A program made the position numbers and the translations under genes. From NCBI RefSeq assembly GCF_004010195.1, contig NC_057720.1, positions 17,673,153 to 17,737,152 of the forward strand: a DNA stretch of 64,000 nucleotides, in the 5' to 3' direction. The stretch comes from Chiloscyllium plagiosum (Eukaryota). Positions 48,601-60,378 of this stretch are shown piece by piece (the first letter of the stretch is position 1; each line of letters opens with the position of its first letter). Under the pieces are notes generated by a model. That model had not been told where the DNA came from. It made no database searches and saw only the letters and a program-made list of their open reading frames with translations.

Positions 48601-51600
48601 TGATGGTAAACACTTCTTTGCAACCATTATTGCTGCAAAATCCTGGCCATTATTTGTCACACAAGAAGAAATTTATACTTAGATCCAATGTAAAAGTTTA
48701 AAGAGTTTTTCAGGTTTTCTGATGTAAAATACAAAAATGCTTACCAGACCTTTAGACAAAATGGACTCTTCTGTCCTATTATTAGAATAAACAAAGTTAT
48801 TTTATGCAAGCAGAATAAACAATTTTTATAAAGTTACATTTATACAATATTTATGAAAATGTTCACAATCTTTTAAAACCAGTAACTTAATAATCTTAAT
48901 ATATTCATGAAAATAAAAGTTACCAATAAGTCAACTCAGCTATAATGTCAATGCAAAAGCCTTATCCTTTTTTCATTCCAAATGATTTGGGAGGTTTGCC
49001 TATAAAGCATTGATAGATCTCTCAATTCAAAGCACAACAATATTGGAAAGTATATTTCTCAGCCTCACTATTGGCATATCAACCAGGTCATAGTCAAATG
49101 TGATAAATAAGCCAGTTTTGAGATAGTTTGCTATGCAGGGTACAAAGTATGCTAAGGAATTCCAAACTCTCTCTCATGGAACAGAATAGGTCGGGACATC
49201 AAGGCAGAGATTTGAATTAACCCCTTACATCCCTTCACCCTTTCCAACTCAGTGTATTCTTTCAAGTTAGTAGAGGGTTCAATAATTGGAGGCACAGTTT
49301 TAAGGTAAGGAGCAGGAGGTTTACATGGGATTTGAGGAAAAGAAAATTTAATCAGAGGGATGTGGGTATCTGGAACTCAGTACCAATAGAGAGGGAGGGG
49401 CAGGAACCCACAAGACATTTAAGAACTACTTAGGTGAGCACTTGAAACACCATAGTATTCTAGTGCTGGAAAATGGGATTAGAATAGATGAATGTTTGAT
49501 GACTGGCACAGAATTGATGGGCCAAAAACCTCTTTCTGTGCTACAAAAATCTGACTCTCATTCCTACAGCATCATGCTCCAAGATCCTATTTAAATTCCC
49601 AGCATAGGTTTATGAGTGGTCAATACAGTAATCCTGATCAACAGCAGAGTCAACTGACTGATATGAATCCTGCCAAAAGGAAGAAATGTGGGATCAAAAC
49701 ATTGTCAACTATCGAACCCAGAGGGTGATTTTCCAGGTTGTGGACTTCCGATTCTGGATGCCTCAAGGTGGATGCACCCTCTGAAAAATAAAATTATAAA
49801 TTGACAATGGTCACAGCTACTAGATTGTCCTTATGGAAGAAAAACACCAAAAGAACAGTGAGCCTACGACCACAGGTCGCCCTCTGCCATTCAAATTTGA
49901 GAGATTTTGGGTGCAAAGTTCAAGGAAGCATCTGGACTACCACTGAAAAGGCATCTCAATTCATCAATTAAACTCCAGCTTCAGCAGGCGGCTCACCTGC
50001 TTCCCAGACAGTATAGTCCATTGTCTTCAAAACAGGAGAAGGGAAGAAAACAATTGGAAAAAGGCATCAGGCATCTCCCTTGAGTTGGCTATTACATTGC
50101 AAAGTTTGTTTTATTACACAGGTTTTAGTCACATTGCTAATCATTGCAATAATTCTCCAGATATATTAACTTACTTGCTAATTAGTGCAGCTATATATTC
50201 CATATTAAATAGAAGCAGGTATCCAGGACTGCAAAACAGAAATTTCAAATTAAAATAATTAAACTGGTTATTTTAATGAAATATCATTCACAGATGATTT
50301 CATGCAAATTAAAATACGCAGAAATTATAAATGTCAATTACTGCCAAAAGGACTGCAAACACTAAATCAGAAACAAAAATAGAAATTGTTGGAAAAGCTC
50401 AGCAGGTCTGGCAACATCTGTGGAGAGGAATCAGAGTTAACGTTTCGGATCAAGTGACCCTTTCTCAGAACCTGAAGTCTTGAAACGGTTAAAGGTGGAT
50501 AAATCCCCAGGACCTGATCAGGTGTACCCTAGAGCTCTGTAGGAAGCTAGAGAAGTGATTGCTGGGCCTCTTGCTGAGATATTTGTATCATCGATAGGCA
50601 CAGGTGAGGTGCCGGAAGACTGGAGGTTAGCTAACGTGGTGGCGCTGTTTAAGAAGGGCGGTAAAGACAAGCCAGGGAACCATAGACCGGTGATCCTGAC
50701 CTCAGTGGTGGGCAAGTTGTTGGAGGGAATCCTGAGGGACAGGATGTACATGTATTTGGTAAAGCAAGGACTGATTAGGGATAGTCAGCATGGCTTTGTG
50801 CGTGGGAAATCATGCCTCACAAACTTGATAGGGTTTTTTGAGGAAGTAACAAAGAGGATTGATGAGGGCAGAGCAGTAGATGTGATCTATATGGACTTCA
50901 GTAAGGCATTTGACAAGGTTTCCCATGGGAGACAGACGAGCAAGGTTAGATCTCACGGAATACAGGGAGAACTAGCCATTTGGATACAGAACTGGTTCAA
51001 AGGTAGAAGACAGAGGGTGGTGGTGAGGATTGTTTTTCAGACTGAAGGCCTGTGACCAGTGGAGTGCCACAAGGAGTGGTGCTGGGTCCTCTCCTTTTTG
51101 TCATTTACATAATTGATTTGGATGCGAGCATAAGAGGTACAGTTAGTAAGTTTGCAGATGACACCAAAATTTGAGGTGTAGTGGACAGTGAAGAGGGTTA
51201 CCTCAGATTACAACAGGATCTTGACCAAATGTGCCAATGGGCTGAGAAGTGGCAGATGAAGTTTAATCTAGATAAATGCGAGGTGCTGCATTTTGGAAAA
51301 GCAAATCTTAGCAGGATTTATACACTTAATGGTCAGGTCCTAGGGAGTGTTGCTGAACAAAGAGATCTTGGAGTGCAGGTTCATAGCTCCTTGAGAGTGG
51401 AGCCACAGGTTGATAGGGTAGTGAAGGCAGCGTTTGGTATGCTTACCTTTATTGGTCAAAGTATTGAGTAAAGGAGTTGGGAGTTCATGTTGCGGGTGTA
51501 CAGGACATTGGTTAGGCCACTGTTGGAATATTGCGTGCAATTCTGGTCTGCTTCCTATCGGAAAGATGTTGTGAAACTTGAAAGGGTTCAGAAAGGTTTA

Positions 51601-52743
51601 CAAGGATGTTGCCAGGGTTGGAGGATTTGAGCTCTAGGGAGAGGCTGAACAGGCTGGGGCTGTTTTCCCTGGAGCGTCAGCGGCTAAGAGGTGACCTTAT
51701 AGAGGTTTACAAAATTATGAGGGGCATGGATAGAATAAATAGACACAGTCTTTTCCCTGGGGTCGGGGAGTCCTGAACTGGAGGACATAGGTTTAAGGTG
51801 AGAGAGGAAAGATATAAAAGAGACCTACGGGGCAACTTTTTCACGCGGAGGGTGGTACATATATGGAATGAGCTGCCAGAGGCAGTGGTGGAGGCTGGTA
51901 CAATTGCAACATTTAAGAGGCATTTGGATGGATATATGAATAGGAAGAGTTTGGAGGGCTATGGGCCGGGTGCTAGCAGGTGAGACTAGATTGGGTTGGG
52001 ATATCTGGTTGACACAGATGGGTTTGACCAAAGGGTCTGTGTCCATGCTGTACATCTCTATGACTCTATAATAAGATCACCATAATATTTGGACCATTTC
52101 AAAGAAAAGTTCTTAAGTTAAGACTGTGTGACAGCAGAAGATTATGTATGGTAAAACACAATACATAAAATATTCTATTCTGAAGAAGAGTCACTGGATC
52201 CAAAATATTAACTCCGCTTTCTCTCCACGGATGCTGCCAGACCTGCTAAGGTTCTCTAGCAACTTCTGTTTTTATGTAAAATATTCTCATGGCGTCTCAA
52301 ATAGGTTAAGAGCATAACATGCAGAAGCATGAATAAAGTTATCTGAATGAATCATTGTTCAAAAAGGAAATGAACATGAGGAAGATTTGAAAAACAAGTG
52401 AAAAAGTTCCAAGTTGCTGGGGTGGGACTAAGAGCAGGAACATGACAGAAGTGGTTTGAGTTCTAGGAATAGCAAGTGTTACAATGTGAATTTTACATCT
52501 CATTCAATCCTTGGAATGCTAAGCAAACTAATAGGCTTTCATTTTTACATACCTGTATATAGCTGGAAATTGATCAATGCCAATATGCTGAACAAATAGA
52601 AGATATGCCAAGCTTGCCAGCGAATCTGTAGGGTATTTCACATCTTCCTTTAGAGGGTCAATCTCTTGCAATGTTTTTCTGGATAGTAGCAACTGATGAG
52701 CCATCAACACAGGAAGCGACTCACCCATTGCTAATAGGTAAAC
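27512..52743 (-). CDS. GLMN: Glomulin (FAP68; RBX1-binding cullin-RING ligase inhibitor), 3' partial: 12 exons, 1077 nt, 358 aa; 5' exons not found in the window
   Basis: All 12 exons have GT-AG boundaries and join in frame. Peptides [76 protein letters not shown] and AHYEAE match human glomulin as recalled. Confidence 0.96.
27749..27831 (-). CDS. GLMN: GLMN penultimate exon ([28 protein letters not shown]), 83 nt
   Basis: Acceptor gattacag|; donor GAG|GTAAAT; restores phase. Confidence 0.88.
28194..28320 (-). CDS. GLMN: GLMN exon ([42 protein letters not shown]), 127 nt
   Basis: Acceptor ccttttgtag|; donor AAG|GTAGGT. Confidence 0.94.
28597..28906 (+). mobile_element. HE1-type V-SINE, full length, in a GLMN intron
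   Basis: Head, V-domain, CR1-like tail and AATCT repeats all present. Confidence 0.9.
29207..29270 (-). CDS. GLMN: GLMN exon ([21 protein letters not shown]), 64 nt
   Basis: Acceptor ttgtattag|; donor CAA|GTGAGT. Confidence 0.95.
30093..30293. mobile_element. PLE-LTR mini-element with a short inverted 5' arm, decayed hammerhead and 11-bp TSD
   Basis: GGTGTTATAAT at both ends; ATGATGAAGGAGCAGCACACCGAAAGCTAGTG. Confidence 0.78.
30313..30539. mobile_element. Foldback PLE-LTR mini-element with 16-bp TSD, same family as 1706-1936
   Basis: CATCTTGGAGACAAGC at 30313-30328 and 30524-30539; about 70-bp inverted arms. Confidence 0.87.
30672..30781 (-). CDS. GLMN: GLMN exon ([13 protein letters not shown]...[15 protein letters not shown]), 110 nt
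   Basis: Acceptor ttgctttcag|; donor AG|GTAGGT. Confidence 0.95.
31351..34120 (-). mobile_element. CR1 LINE ORF2 (APE plus RT) nested in the PLE left arm
   Basis: 237-aa RT ORF 31717-32430 ([15 protein letters not shown]) plus endonuclease fragments. Confidence 0.92.
34390..34845 (+). mobile_element. Tx1/L1-like LINE 3' fragment with (AAAT)n tail, nested in the PLE
   Basis: [18 protein letters not shown]...[25 protein letters not shown] followed by aataaataaataaaa. Confidence 0.55.
37430..37612. mobile_element. PLE-LTR mini-element with inverted arms, hammerhead motif on - and 10-bp TSD
   Basis: CTTTTCATCA at both ends; cactagcttttggagtgccactccttcatcaggtg. Confidence 0.78.
38228..38312 (-). 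CDS. GLMN: GLMN exon ([28 protein letters not shown]), 85 nt
   Basis: Acceptor gttttatag|; donor AAG|GTAAGC. Confidence 0.95.
40054..40127 (-). CDS. GLMN: GLMN exon ([25 protein letters not shown]), 74 nt
   Basis: Acceptor ttgttttag|; donor AG|GTGAGT. Confidence 0.94.
40150..41500 (-). mobile_element. Stack of three old CR1 3' fragments
   Basis: Recurrent 'agaag/ggagtaggcc(att)' tails at about 40160, 40670 and 40975. Confidence 0.6.
41718..42013 (+). mobile_element. HE1-type V-SINE
   Basis: Same head, body and tail as the other copies. Confidence 0.9.
42653..43518 (+). mobile_element. CR1 3' fragment with duplicated 3' tail and a nested, internally deleted HE1 SINE (42890-43013)
   Basis: [10 protein letters not shown]; two successive tails at about 43200-43350 and 43352-43518. 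Confidence 0.85.
43730..46730 (-). mobile_element. CR1 LINE retaining both ends: 5'UTR, ORF1 (Zn-finger/leucine zipper plus SGNH esterase), ORF2 start, N-gap, 3' tail
   Basis: CTSC...CHKC plus LxxxVxxLExx[45 protein letters not shown]; tail (CTATGACT)n; frameshifted. Confidence 0.9.
46833..46937 (-). mobile_element. About 85-bp PLE-LTR hammerhead-only insertion with 11-bp TSD
   Basis: TTAACAGAGTC at both ends; on - reads CTGATGAATGAGCAGCGCTCCGAAAGCTGGTG. Confidence 0.82.
47560..47601 (-). CDS. GLMN: GLMN exon ([14 protein letters not shown]), 42 nt
   Basis: Acceptor ctgcccatag|; donor TTG|GTATGT. Confidence 0.94.
47747..47836 (-). CDS. GLMN: GLMN exon ([30 protein letters not shown]), 90 nt
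   Basis: Acceptor atttttcag|; donor CAG|GTAATC. Confidence 0.94.
48745..48775 (-). CDS. GLMN: GLMN micro-exon ([10 protein letters not shown]), 31 nt
   Basis: Acceptor taataatag|; donor CTG|GTAAGC; in phase. Confidence 0.92.
50175..50228 (-). CDS. GLMN: GLMN exon ([19 protein letters not shown]), 54 nt
   Basis: Acceptor ttctgttttgcag|; donor AA|GTAAGT; in phase. Confidence 0.9.
50475..52069 (+). mobile_element. CR1/HER1-type LINE, 5'-truncated RT plus 3' tail
   Basis: [20 protein letters not shown], tail ctctatgactcta; abuts a PLE hammerhead remnant at 50434-50470 (-). Confidence 0.93.
52553..52743 (-). CDS. GLMN: GLMN exon ([11 protein letters not shown]...[24 protein letters not shown]), 191 nt
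   Basis: Acceptor ccttctccgtag|; donor CAG|GTATGT. Confidence 0.92.
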
Positions 52744-53184
52744 CTACGGAGAAGGATAGCGCTATTAAAGCATTACAGACTTCTCTGCCAAACTGATAAA
52801 ATTTATGTCATCAAAACTGCAAGGCAGGAATGATGCCAGGGAAATGGTTGAGTGTTTAGGGTAAATCTGGGTGAATGTGGATTATTAGGTCCAGTGAGGA
52901 GGGTGCGAATATCATGAACAGTAACGGAGAAGAGGAAGTATTGTGTCCAGAGGGAACAGCAAGGCTGTTGGGTCTTTGGGTGAGTGGGTGGGGTAGAGTG
53001 GGTAGGGTGTGTTGGCTATTAGGTCAAGGGTCCAGAGGGTGTAAGAGATCTGGGGAAGTTTGGGGATATGAGCAATACGTTGTGGTTCAGTTTGCCAGTT
53101 ATCTAGGAATTTGAGTAGGTTTTTAAATGTCTCTTCCTGTCTGACTATTATCTTAACTAAAGCAGAACTCTTAAACGTCCAATT

Positions 53185-56100
53185 TAAATGGATGTGACCA
53201 TCTTGGAGACATGGAGAGAGCAGGGACAGGAATGGTTGTTACACGTTCCAGGATTTAGACTTTTCAGGAATATCGGGGAAGGTGGTAAAAGAGGGGGAGG
53301 TGTGGCATTGTTAGTCCAGGACAGTATCACAGTAGCAGAAAGAACGTCTTATGAGGACTCGCCCACCAAAGTAGTATGGGCTGAGGTTAGAAACAGGAAA
53401 GGAGAGGTCACCCTGTTGGGAGTTTTCTATAGGCCCCCTAATAGTTCCAGAGATGCGGAAGATAGGATAGCAAAGATGATTCTGGATAGGAACGAAAGTA
53501 ACAGGGTAGCTGTTATGGGGGACTTTAATTTTCCAAATATTGATTGCAAACACTATAGTTTGAGTACTTTAGATGGGTCAGTTTTTATCCAATATGCGCA
53601 GGAGGGTTTCCTGACACAGTATGTAGATCGGCCAACAAGAGGTGAGGCCACATTGGATTTGGTAATGGGTAATGAACCGGGCTAGGTGTTAGATTTGGAG
53701 GTAGGTGAGCACTTTGGTGATAGTAACCAATTCAGTTATGTTTGATTTACCGATGGAGAGGGATAGGTATATACTGCAGGGCAAGAGTTATAGCTGAGGG
53801 AAAGGCAATTAAGATGTGATTAGGCAAGATTTACGATGTATAGGATGGGGAAGGAAACTGCAGGGGATGGGCACAATTGAAATGTGGAGCTTGTTTAAGG
53901 AACAGCTACTGCGTGTCCTTCTTAAGTATGTACATGGCAGGGTGGAAGTGGTCAAGCGAGGGAACCATGGTTTACTAAAGAAGTTGAATCTTTTGTCAAG
54001 AGGAGGAGGGAGGCTTATGTAAAGATGAGATGTGTAGGCTCAGTTAGGGCGTTTGAGACTTACAAGTTAGCCAGGAAGGATCTAATGAGAGAGCTGAGAA
54101 GAGCCAGGAGGGACATGAGAAGTCTTTGGCAGATAGGATCAAGGAAAATCCTAAAGGTTTGTATAGGTATGTCAGAAATAAAAGAATGACTAGGATAAGA
54201 TTAGGGCCAGTCAAGGACAATAATGGGAAGTTGTACGTGAAGTCCAAAGAAATAGGAGGGGCACTAAATGAATATTTTTCATCAGTATTCACACAGGAAA
54301 AAGACTATGTTGTTGAGGAGAATACTGAGATACAAGCTATTAGATTAGATGGGATTGAGGTTCATAAGGAGGTGGTGTTAGAAATTCTGGGAAGTGTGAA
54401 AATAGATGAGTTCCCTGGGCCAGATGGGATTTATCCTACGATTCTCTGGAAAGCCAGGGAGGAGAGTGCAGAGCCTTTGACTTTGATCTGTATCCAGTCA
54501 TTGTCTACAGGAATAGTGCCAGACTGGAGGATAGCAAATGTTGTCCCCTTGTTCAAGAAGGGAAGTAGAGACAACCCTGGTAATTATAGACCAGTGCACC
54601 TTAATTCTGTTGTGGGCAACATTTTGGAGACGCTTATAAGAGATAGGATTTATAATCATCTAGAAAGGAATAATTTGATTAGAGATAGTCAGCACAGTTT
54701 TTAGATTAAATTTGATTACTTACAGTGTGGAAACAGGCCCTTCGACCCAACAAGTCCGCACTGACCATCCGAACAGCAACCCACCCAGACCATTCCCCTA
54801 CATTTACCCGTTCACCTATCACTAGGGGCAATTTAGCATGGCCAATTCACCTAACGGGCACATTTTTGGACCGTGGGAGGAAACCGGAGAACCCAGAGAA
54901 AACCCACGCAGACACAGGGAGAATGTGCAAACTCCACACAGACAGTTGCCTGAGGTGGGAATTGAACCCTGGTCTCTGGGGTTGTGAGGCAACAGTGCTA
55001 ACCACTATGCCACCGTGCCGTCCACTTTTGTGAAGGGTAAGTCGTGCCTAAGAAGCTTTATTGAGTTCTTTGAGAAGGTGACCAAATAGGTGGATGAGGG
55101 TAAAACTATTGATGTGTATATGGATTTCAGTAAAGCATTTGATAAGGTTCCCCACAGTAGGCTATTGCGGAAAATACGGAAGTATGGGATTGAGGGGAAT
55201 TTAGAGGTTTGGATCAGAAATTGGCTGGCTGAAAGAAGACAGAGGGTGGTGGTTAATGGGAAATGTTCACCTGTAATTACGAGTGGTGTACCACAAGGAT
55301 CTGTTTTGGGACCACTGCTGTTTGTCAGTTTTACAAATGACTTGGATGAGGGCATAGAAGGATGGGTTTGTAAATTTATGGATGACACGAAAATTGGTAG
55401 AGTTCTGGACAGTGTGGAAGGATGTTGCAGGTTACAGAGGGATATAGATACGCTGCAGAGTTGGGCTGAGAGGTGGCAAATGGAGTTTAATGTGGAAAAG
55501 TGTGAAGTGATCCACTTCGGAAAGAGTAACAGGAATATCGAGTACTGGGCTAATGACAAGTTTCTTGGTAATGTGGATGAGCAGAGAGATATCAGTGTCC
55601 ATGTGCGTAGATCCCTGAAAGTTGCCACCCAGACTGATAGGCGTTATGAAGGCGTACAGTGTGTTAGCTTTTATTGGTAGAGGGAAGGAGTATCAGAGCC
55701 ATGAAGTCATGTTTCAGCAAACCTCTGGTGCGCCGGCACTTGCAGTACTGCATACAGGTCTGGTTGCTGCATTATAGCAAGGATGTGGAAGCATTGGAAA
55801 GACTGCAGAGAAAATTTACCAGGATGTTGCCTGGTATGGACGGAAGGTCTTATGCAGAAAGGCTGAGGCACTTGAGGCTGTTTTCTTGAGAGAGAAGAAG
55901 GTTAAGAGGTGAATTAATAGAGGCATACAAGATGATCAGAGGATTAGATAGGGTGGACAGAGGGAGCCTATTTCCTCGGATGGTGATGGCTATCACAAAG
56001 GTACATTGCTTTAAATTGAGGGGTAATTTAGGACAGATGTCAGAGGTAGGTTCTTTACTCGGAGTAGTAAAGGTGCGGATTGCCCTGCCTGCAACTGTAG

Positions 56101-56260
56101 TGGACTCGCCAACATTAAGGACATTTAAATGGTTATTGGATAAACATATGGATGATAATGGAATAGTGTAGGTTAGATGGGCTTTAGAATGGTTTCACAC
56201 GTCGGTGAAACATCGAGGGCCGAAGGACCTGTACTGTGCTGTAATGTTCTATGTTTTATG
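53185..56260 (+). mobile_element. CR1 LINE ORF2 (APE plus RT) with nested HE1 SINE (54702-55022, -)
   Basis: [28 protein letters not shown]; tail ttctatgttttatg. Confidence 0.92.
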
Positions 56261-57054
56261 ATACTTTTGAAGGTTTCCAGGTGCAGAGGAATTGCCCACT
56301 AGAATCTGCAATTTCCCAGGCAAATCTATTGGAGTCTGCTACATTGGGAATGTAGCAATGTACAATTCCTATCTACACACTTCAAAAATAAAATAACCTG
56401 GCCATCAGAAAAGCCTAACCAGTATTTTAGGTCTTGGCTCACCAATGCCATGTACAGGTGTACCAAAGCTTCCCAACTTTTATACTATTTCCACCCTGCA
56501 ATAAATGCCAAATTTGTTTTTTCCCAGTTATTTGCTATAACAACATACTAATGTTTTGTATACTAGAATATCCGTTCATTCTTTAGTCATTCACCATTTT
56601 AATAATATTGTTTTCTCATTCTTATGAGCAAAGTGGACAACCTACCATTTTCCCACATTATATTCTATCTGCCAAATCTTTGTCCACTCACTTAACCTAG
56701 CTACATCCCTTGTGTGAGATAAACATACATTATCATTTTGAATTTGTACTTCAAAATAGAGACAGATGTTTTTATTTCAGTTCTGTGATGATAGTTCTGA
56801 AATAAAAAGGGTCAGGAAGTCATTTGCACAGTGACTTAAGTGCATCAATTCTAGGAAATCATACGATTGCAATCAAATGCCCAGGAGAACCAGGTCATGT
56901 TAATATACAAATATTTATATTGTTGAGTTTATGACTGGCAGAGTAAACCTGCCAAATGCGTTATGATGTTTCATTTTGATTTCAGAACAGAAGTTTTAGT
57001 TCTGAAGAATCTGGAGTTTCATTCAGAAAAGCAGGAAAATCAAGTTTTCCAGTT

Positions 57055-58496
57055 ATAGAGTCATAGAGACTCTCACCCTAAACCTATGCCCTCTAGTTCT
57101 GGACTCCCTGACCCCAGGGAAAAGACTTTGCCCATTTATCCTATCCATGCCTCTCATAATTTTGTAAACCTCTATAAGGTCACCCCTCAGCCTCCGATGC
57201 TCCAGGGAAAACAGCCCCATCCTGTTCAGCCTCTCCCTGTAGCTCAGATCCTCAACCCTGGCAACATCCTTGGAAATCTTTTGAATCCTTTCACGTTACA
57301 CATCTTTCCAATAGGAAGGAGACCAGAATTGCATGCAATATTCCAACAGTGGCCTAACCAATGTCCTGTACACCCGCAACATGGCATGACCTCCCAACCC
57401 CTGTACTCAATACTTTGACCAATAAAGGAAAGCATACCAAACGCCTTCTTCACTATCCTATCTACCTGCGACTCCACTTTCAAGGAGCTATGAACCTGCA
57501 CTCCAAGGTCTCTTTGTTCAGCAACACCCCCTCCCTAGGACCTTACCATTAAGTGTATAAGTCCTGCTAAGATTTGCTTTCACAAAATGCAGCACCTCGC
57601 ATTCATGTGAATTAAACTCCATCTGCCACTTCTCAGCCCACTGGTCCATCTGGTCCAGATCCTGTTGTAATCTGAGGTAACCCTCTTCGCTGTCCACGAG
57701 ACCTCCAATTTTGGTGTCATCTGCAAACTTACTAACTGTACCTCTTATGCTCGCATCCAAATCATTTATGTAAATGACAAAAGGTAGAGGGACCAGCACC
57801 AGGCCTCCAGTCTGAAAAGCAACCCTCCACCACCACCCTCTGTCTTCTACCTTTGAGCCAGTTCTGTATCCAAATGGCTAGTTCTCCCTGTATTCCATGA
57901 GATCTAGCCTTGCTAATCACCTCCCATGGGGAACCTTGTCGAATGCCCTACTGAAGTCTATATAGATCACATCTACTGCTCTGCCATCATCAATCTTCTT
58001 TGTTACTTCTACAAAAAACTCAATCGAGTTTGTGAGACATGATTTCCCACGCACAAAGCCATGCTGACTATCCCTAANNNNNNNNNNNNNNNNNNNNNNN
58101 NNNNNNNNNNNNNNNNNNNNNNNNNNNNNNNNNNNNNNNNNNNNNNNNNNNNNNNNNNNNNNNNNNNNNNNNNNNNNNAGTGGCACCACGTTTGCCAACC
58201 TCCAGTCTTCCGGCACCTCACCTGTGACTATCGATAATACAAATATCTTAGTAAGAGGCAGACCAATCACTTCTCTAGCTTCCCACAGAACTCTAGGGTA
58301 CACCTGATCAGGTCCTGGGGATTTATCCACCTTTAACCGTTTCAAGACATCCAGCACTTCCTCCTCTGTAATATGGACATTTTGCAAATGTCACCATCCA
58401 TTTCCCTACAGTCTATATCTTCCATATCCTTTTCCACAGTAAATACTGATGCAAAATATTCATTTAGTATCTCCCCATTTTTTGAGGCTCCACACA
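57055..58496 (-). mobile_element. CR1/HER1-type LINE RT region spanning an N-gap
   Basis: [18 protein letters not shown]; near-identical in reverse to 50475-52069. Confidence 0.92.
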
Positions 58497-60378
58497 GTTC
58501 AGTTCATAGGATACCATTGACCCAGAAATGGTTTCGAGTGTGGAGCTTCCAAGCCAGCAGAGCTTAGAGAGAAGTTTTCAAGTTGTTTGGACTGAAAAAT
58601 GTCTGCATCATCAGAATTGCAAGTGATTCTTGCCAGCAGACTTGGAAATCGTCCCCATAGTCCAAGAAAAAGAACCTGGGGAAAATTGGTTAAGTAAACA
58701 TTTATAAAAGCTGAGATAAAAGTGATGTTTCTCAGATTAGGTCTCTGTGACAAATAGTCATAGGAAACAGATTGAAAATTAGTGAGGTTTTTGATCGTTT
58801 GATCTGTTTTCAATAAATAGTTTATTCTTTTTGTGTCATAAATTATGTTCTGTTGTTAAAGAACAATGTGCAGCATTGTTTCAGTAATGAACCAGTTTGT
58901 TAACCAATTGCAAAAATTAAACATATCACGCATCAAACCAGGTTTCATTCTTGGATGGACTTGTCCAGTATTAACACCAACTGGGATAACAATTTGCAGA
59001 CTCTTGGGCTGTATTTTCTTATCCTAGCATGGGACAAACCTATGTCGGGCAAACAGATAAAAAGGCAGGTATGTCTCACATGTGAAAGTCTCACCTCTTA
59101 TTTCTGTATCCAGCAATTTAAATCGTAAACTGTACACGTCTCAAGCCTACAATGAATTTGGAAGGTGACAATTAATGTATTCACTAACTCTTACCCACTT
59201 CTTTTTAAGATCCAGAAGGCAAGCTGCTAGATCTCATTAATTTTCCTAGTATTTTTCCTCTAGTGATCTTGATTGTTTAAGTTCCTCCCTCCCTTTTCCC
59301 CTTGATTTTCTACTATTTGTGGGATGTCTTCTATAATGAAGATACTACTTACAAAATACTTGCTCTAATTTGCTGCCATTTCTTGATTTCCATTATTATT
59401 CCTCCAATCTTGTCCTCTACGTGACCAAAGTTTATTTCAACTATTCTGCTCCTTTATATATTTGCATAAGTTCTTACTTTTTTGTTACATTTATTGCTAA
59501 TATACCTCATTATAAATTCTCTCAATTTTTTTATTGTCCTTGTCTACTTTTAAAATTTCCTAGTCTTCTAATCTTTACAAGAAGCAAATGCCTTTGATTT
59601 CAACCTGATACTTAACTTAATCCTTCTCATAGAGGCTTTCTTTCTCAATGGAATATATCTTACTGAGTAATAAAATATCTCATAGGGTGCTGTATTGTTC
59701 TTTGTTCACCCTCTGTCTCTTACTGTAAGGCCAATTTTATATCCAATTGGCGAGCTCACTCTGAAGCCCATGTGATCTACCTTTGTTAATTACTCTATGA
59801 GAACCCAATCAAATGCTTTAGTAAAGTCCAAGTAAACTTCATCCACTGCTCTGCCCTCGTCAACTTTTTGGTTACTTCCTCAAAAAGACTCAAGTTTGTC
59901 AGACATGATTTCCTTCGCACAAAACCATGCTGATCATCCCTAATCATTCCTTGCCTCTACAAAAGCATGTTAATCCTATGCTTCAGAATTATCTCCAACA
60001 ACTTATCCACCACCATCTCCTCATAGGTATGTCACTGCTTATCTAACATCTTAACTTATTTTCCCAATCTACTTTAGCCAACTCTGTCTTCATATCTTTG
60101 CAATTCTTTCTAGAAAGAGAGATCAGAGTTTAAAATCACCCAGTTAAGATAGAGATGAGGAAAATAAATTTCCCTCAGAGGGTTTGTGACTTTGGAATTT
60201 GCTTTTTCAAAAGGCAATGGATACAGAATCTTTAAATATTTTAAGACAGTGGTAGGTGGATTCTTGATTGCCAACAGGAAAAATTATTGGTGTATGCATA
60301 AAAATAGAGCTGAAGTTAAATTCAGATCAGTCATGATCTTGTTTAATGACGGAGTAGGCTCAAGGGCTGAGCGGCTAG

